Positions 14,754-14,779 of a stretch of DNA of 14,779 bases are shown here, piece after piece; the first letter of the stretch is position 1, and each line of letters opens with the position of its first letter. Location: assembly GCA_039912685.1 (NCBI GenBank), contig JBDSPG010000057.1:1-14779 (forward strand), in the 5' to 3' direction. Source of the DNA: Longimicrobiales bacterium. GTDB lineage: Bacteria > Gemmatimonadota > Gemmatimonadetes > Longimicrobiales > RSA9. The translations under genes and the position numbers were made by a program. The notes beneath the pieces were generated by a model. The model saw only the letters and a program-made list of their open reading frames with translations, was not told where the DNA came from and did no database searches.

Positions 14754-14779
14754 GGTTACAACTTCACCAGCATGTCAAC

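Noticed and set aside
14773-14778. TTGACA hexamer (minus strand) ~20 nt upstream of the arfB ATG
   Set aside because: No acceptable -10 at 16-18 nt spacing (best is TAACCA). The window ends here, so the context cannot be judged.
1-14779. Possible defence island, mobile element, CRISPR or tRNA content
   Set aside because: Read on both strands. No direct-repeat arrays, no integrase, transposase or nuclease-like ORFs, no tRNA-like cloverleaf candidates, and no abrupt GC shift were evident. The flotillin/NfeD pair is a standard housekeeping membrane-microdomain pair, not a recognisable anti-phage module.

Overview
Bacterial chromosomal window with about 65% GC, dense coding, frequent 4-8 nt start/stop overlaps and mostly no Shine-Dalgarno sequences. 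The presence of an ADOP-type double-FtsX orphan permease is consistent with an Acidobacteriota/Gemmatimonadota-like soil bacterium; this is inference only. No tRNA, rRNA, CRISPR array or IS element was seen.

Gene order:
(1) Minus strand, 4188 down to 1: a DtxR/MntR-family metalloregulator, then a putative sigma70 promoter with an embedded TTAG-N6-CTAA palindrome, then a translationally coupled gene string. The string is a TAT-secreted two-domain multicopper oxidase, a ZIP-family permease carrying an extra N-terminal periplasmic domain, a PF13557-like outer-membrane beta-barrel, and a DUF1003 membrane protein cut by the window edge. This looks like a metal-responsive module spanning the whole cell envelope. 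I do not recognise it as a described system.
(2) Minus strand: an NfeD/YqiJ-like membrane protein followed by a flotillin (SPFH) protein.
(3) Plus strand: a MATE efflux transporter, then an ADOP-family permease of about 800 aa.
(4) Minus strand, 14753 down to 10377: arfB, then a compact three-gene synthase-dependent exopolysaccharide module. The module is a TPR plus outer-membrane beta-barrel protein, a processive GT2 synthase with a QQLKW variant of the QxxRW motif, and a membrane-anchored GH26-like clan GH-A hydrolase.

Caveat: the supplied ORF track uses GTG/TTG starts, so several listed N-termini are over-extended. Start sites were re-chosen where the sequence supports it. Motif-level coordinates are within a few nucleotides.
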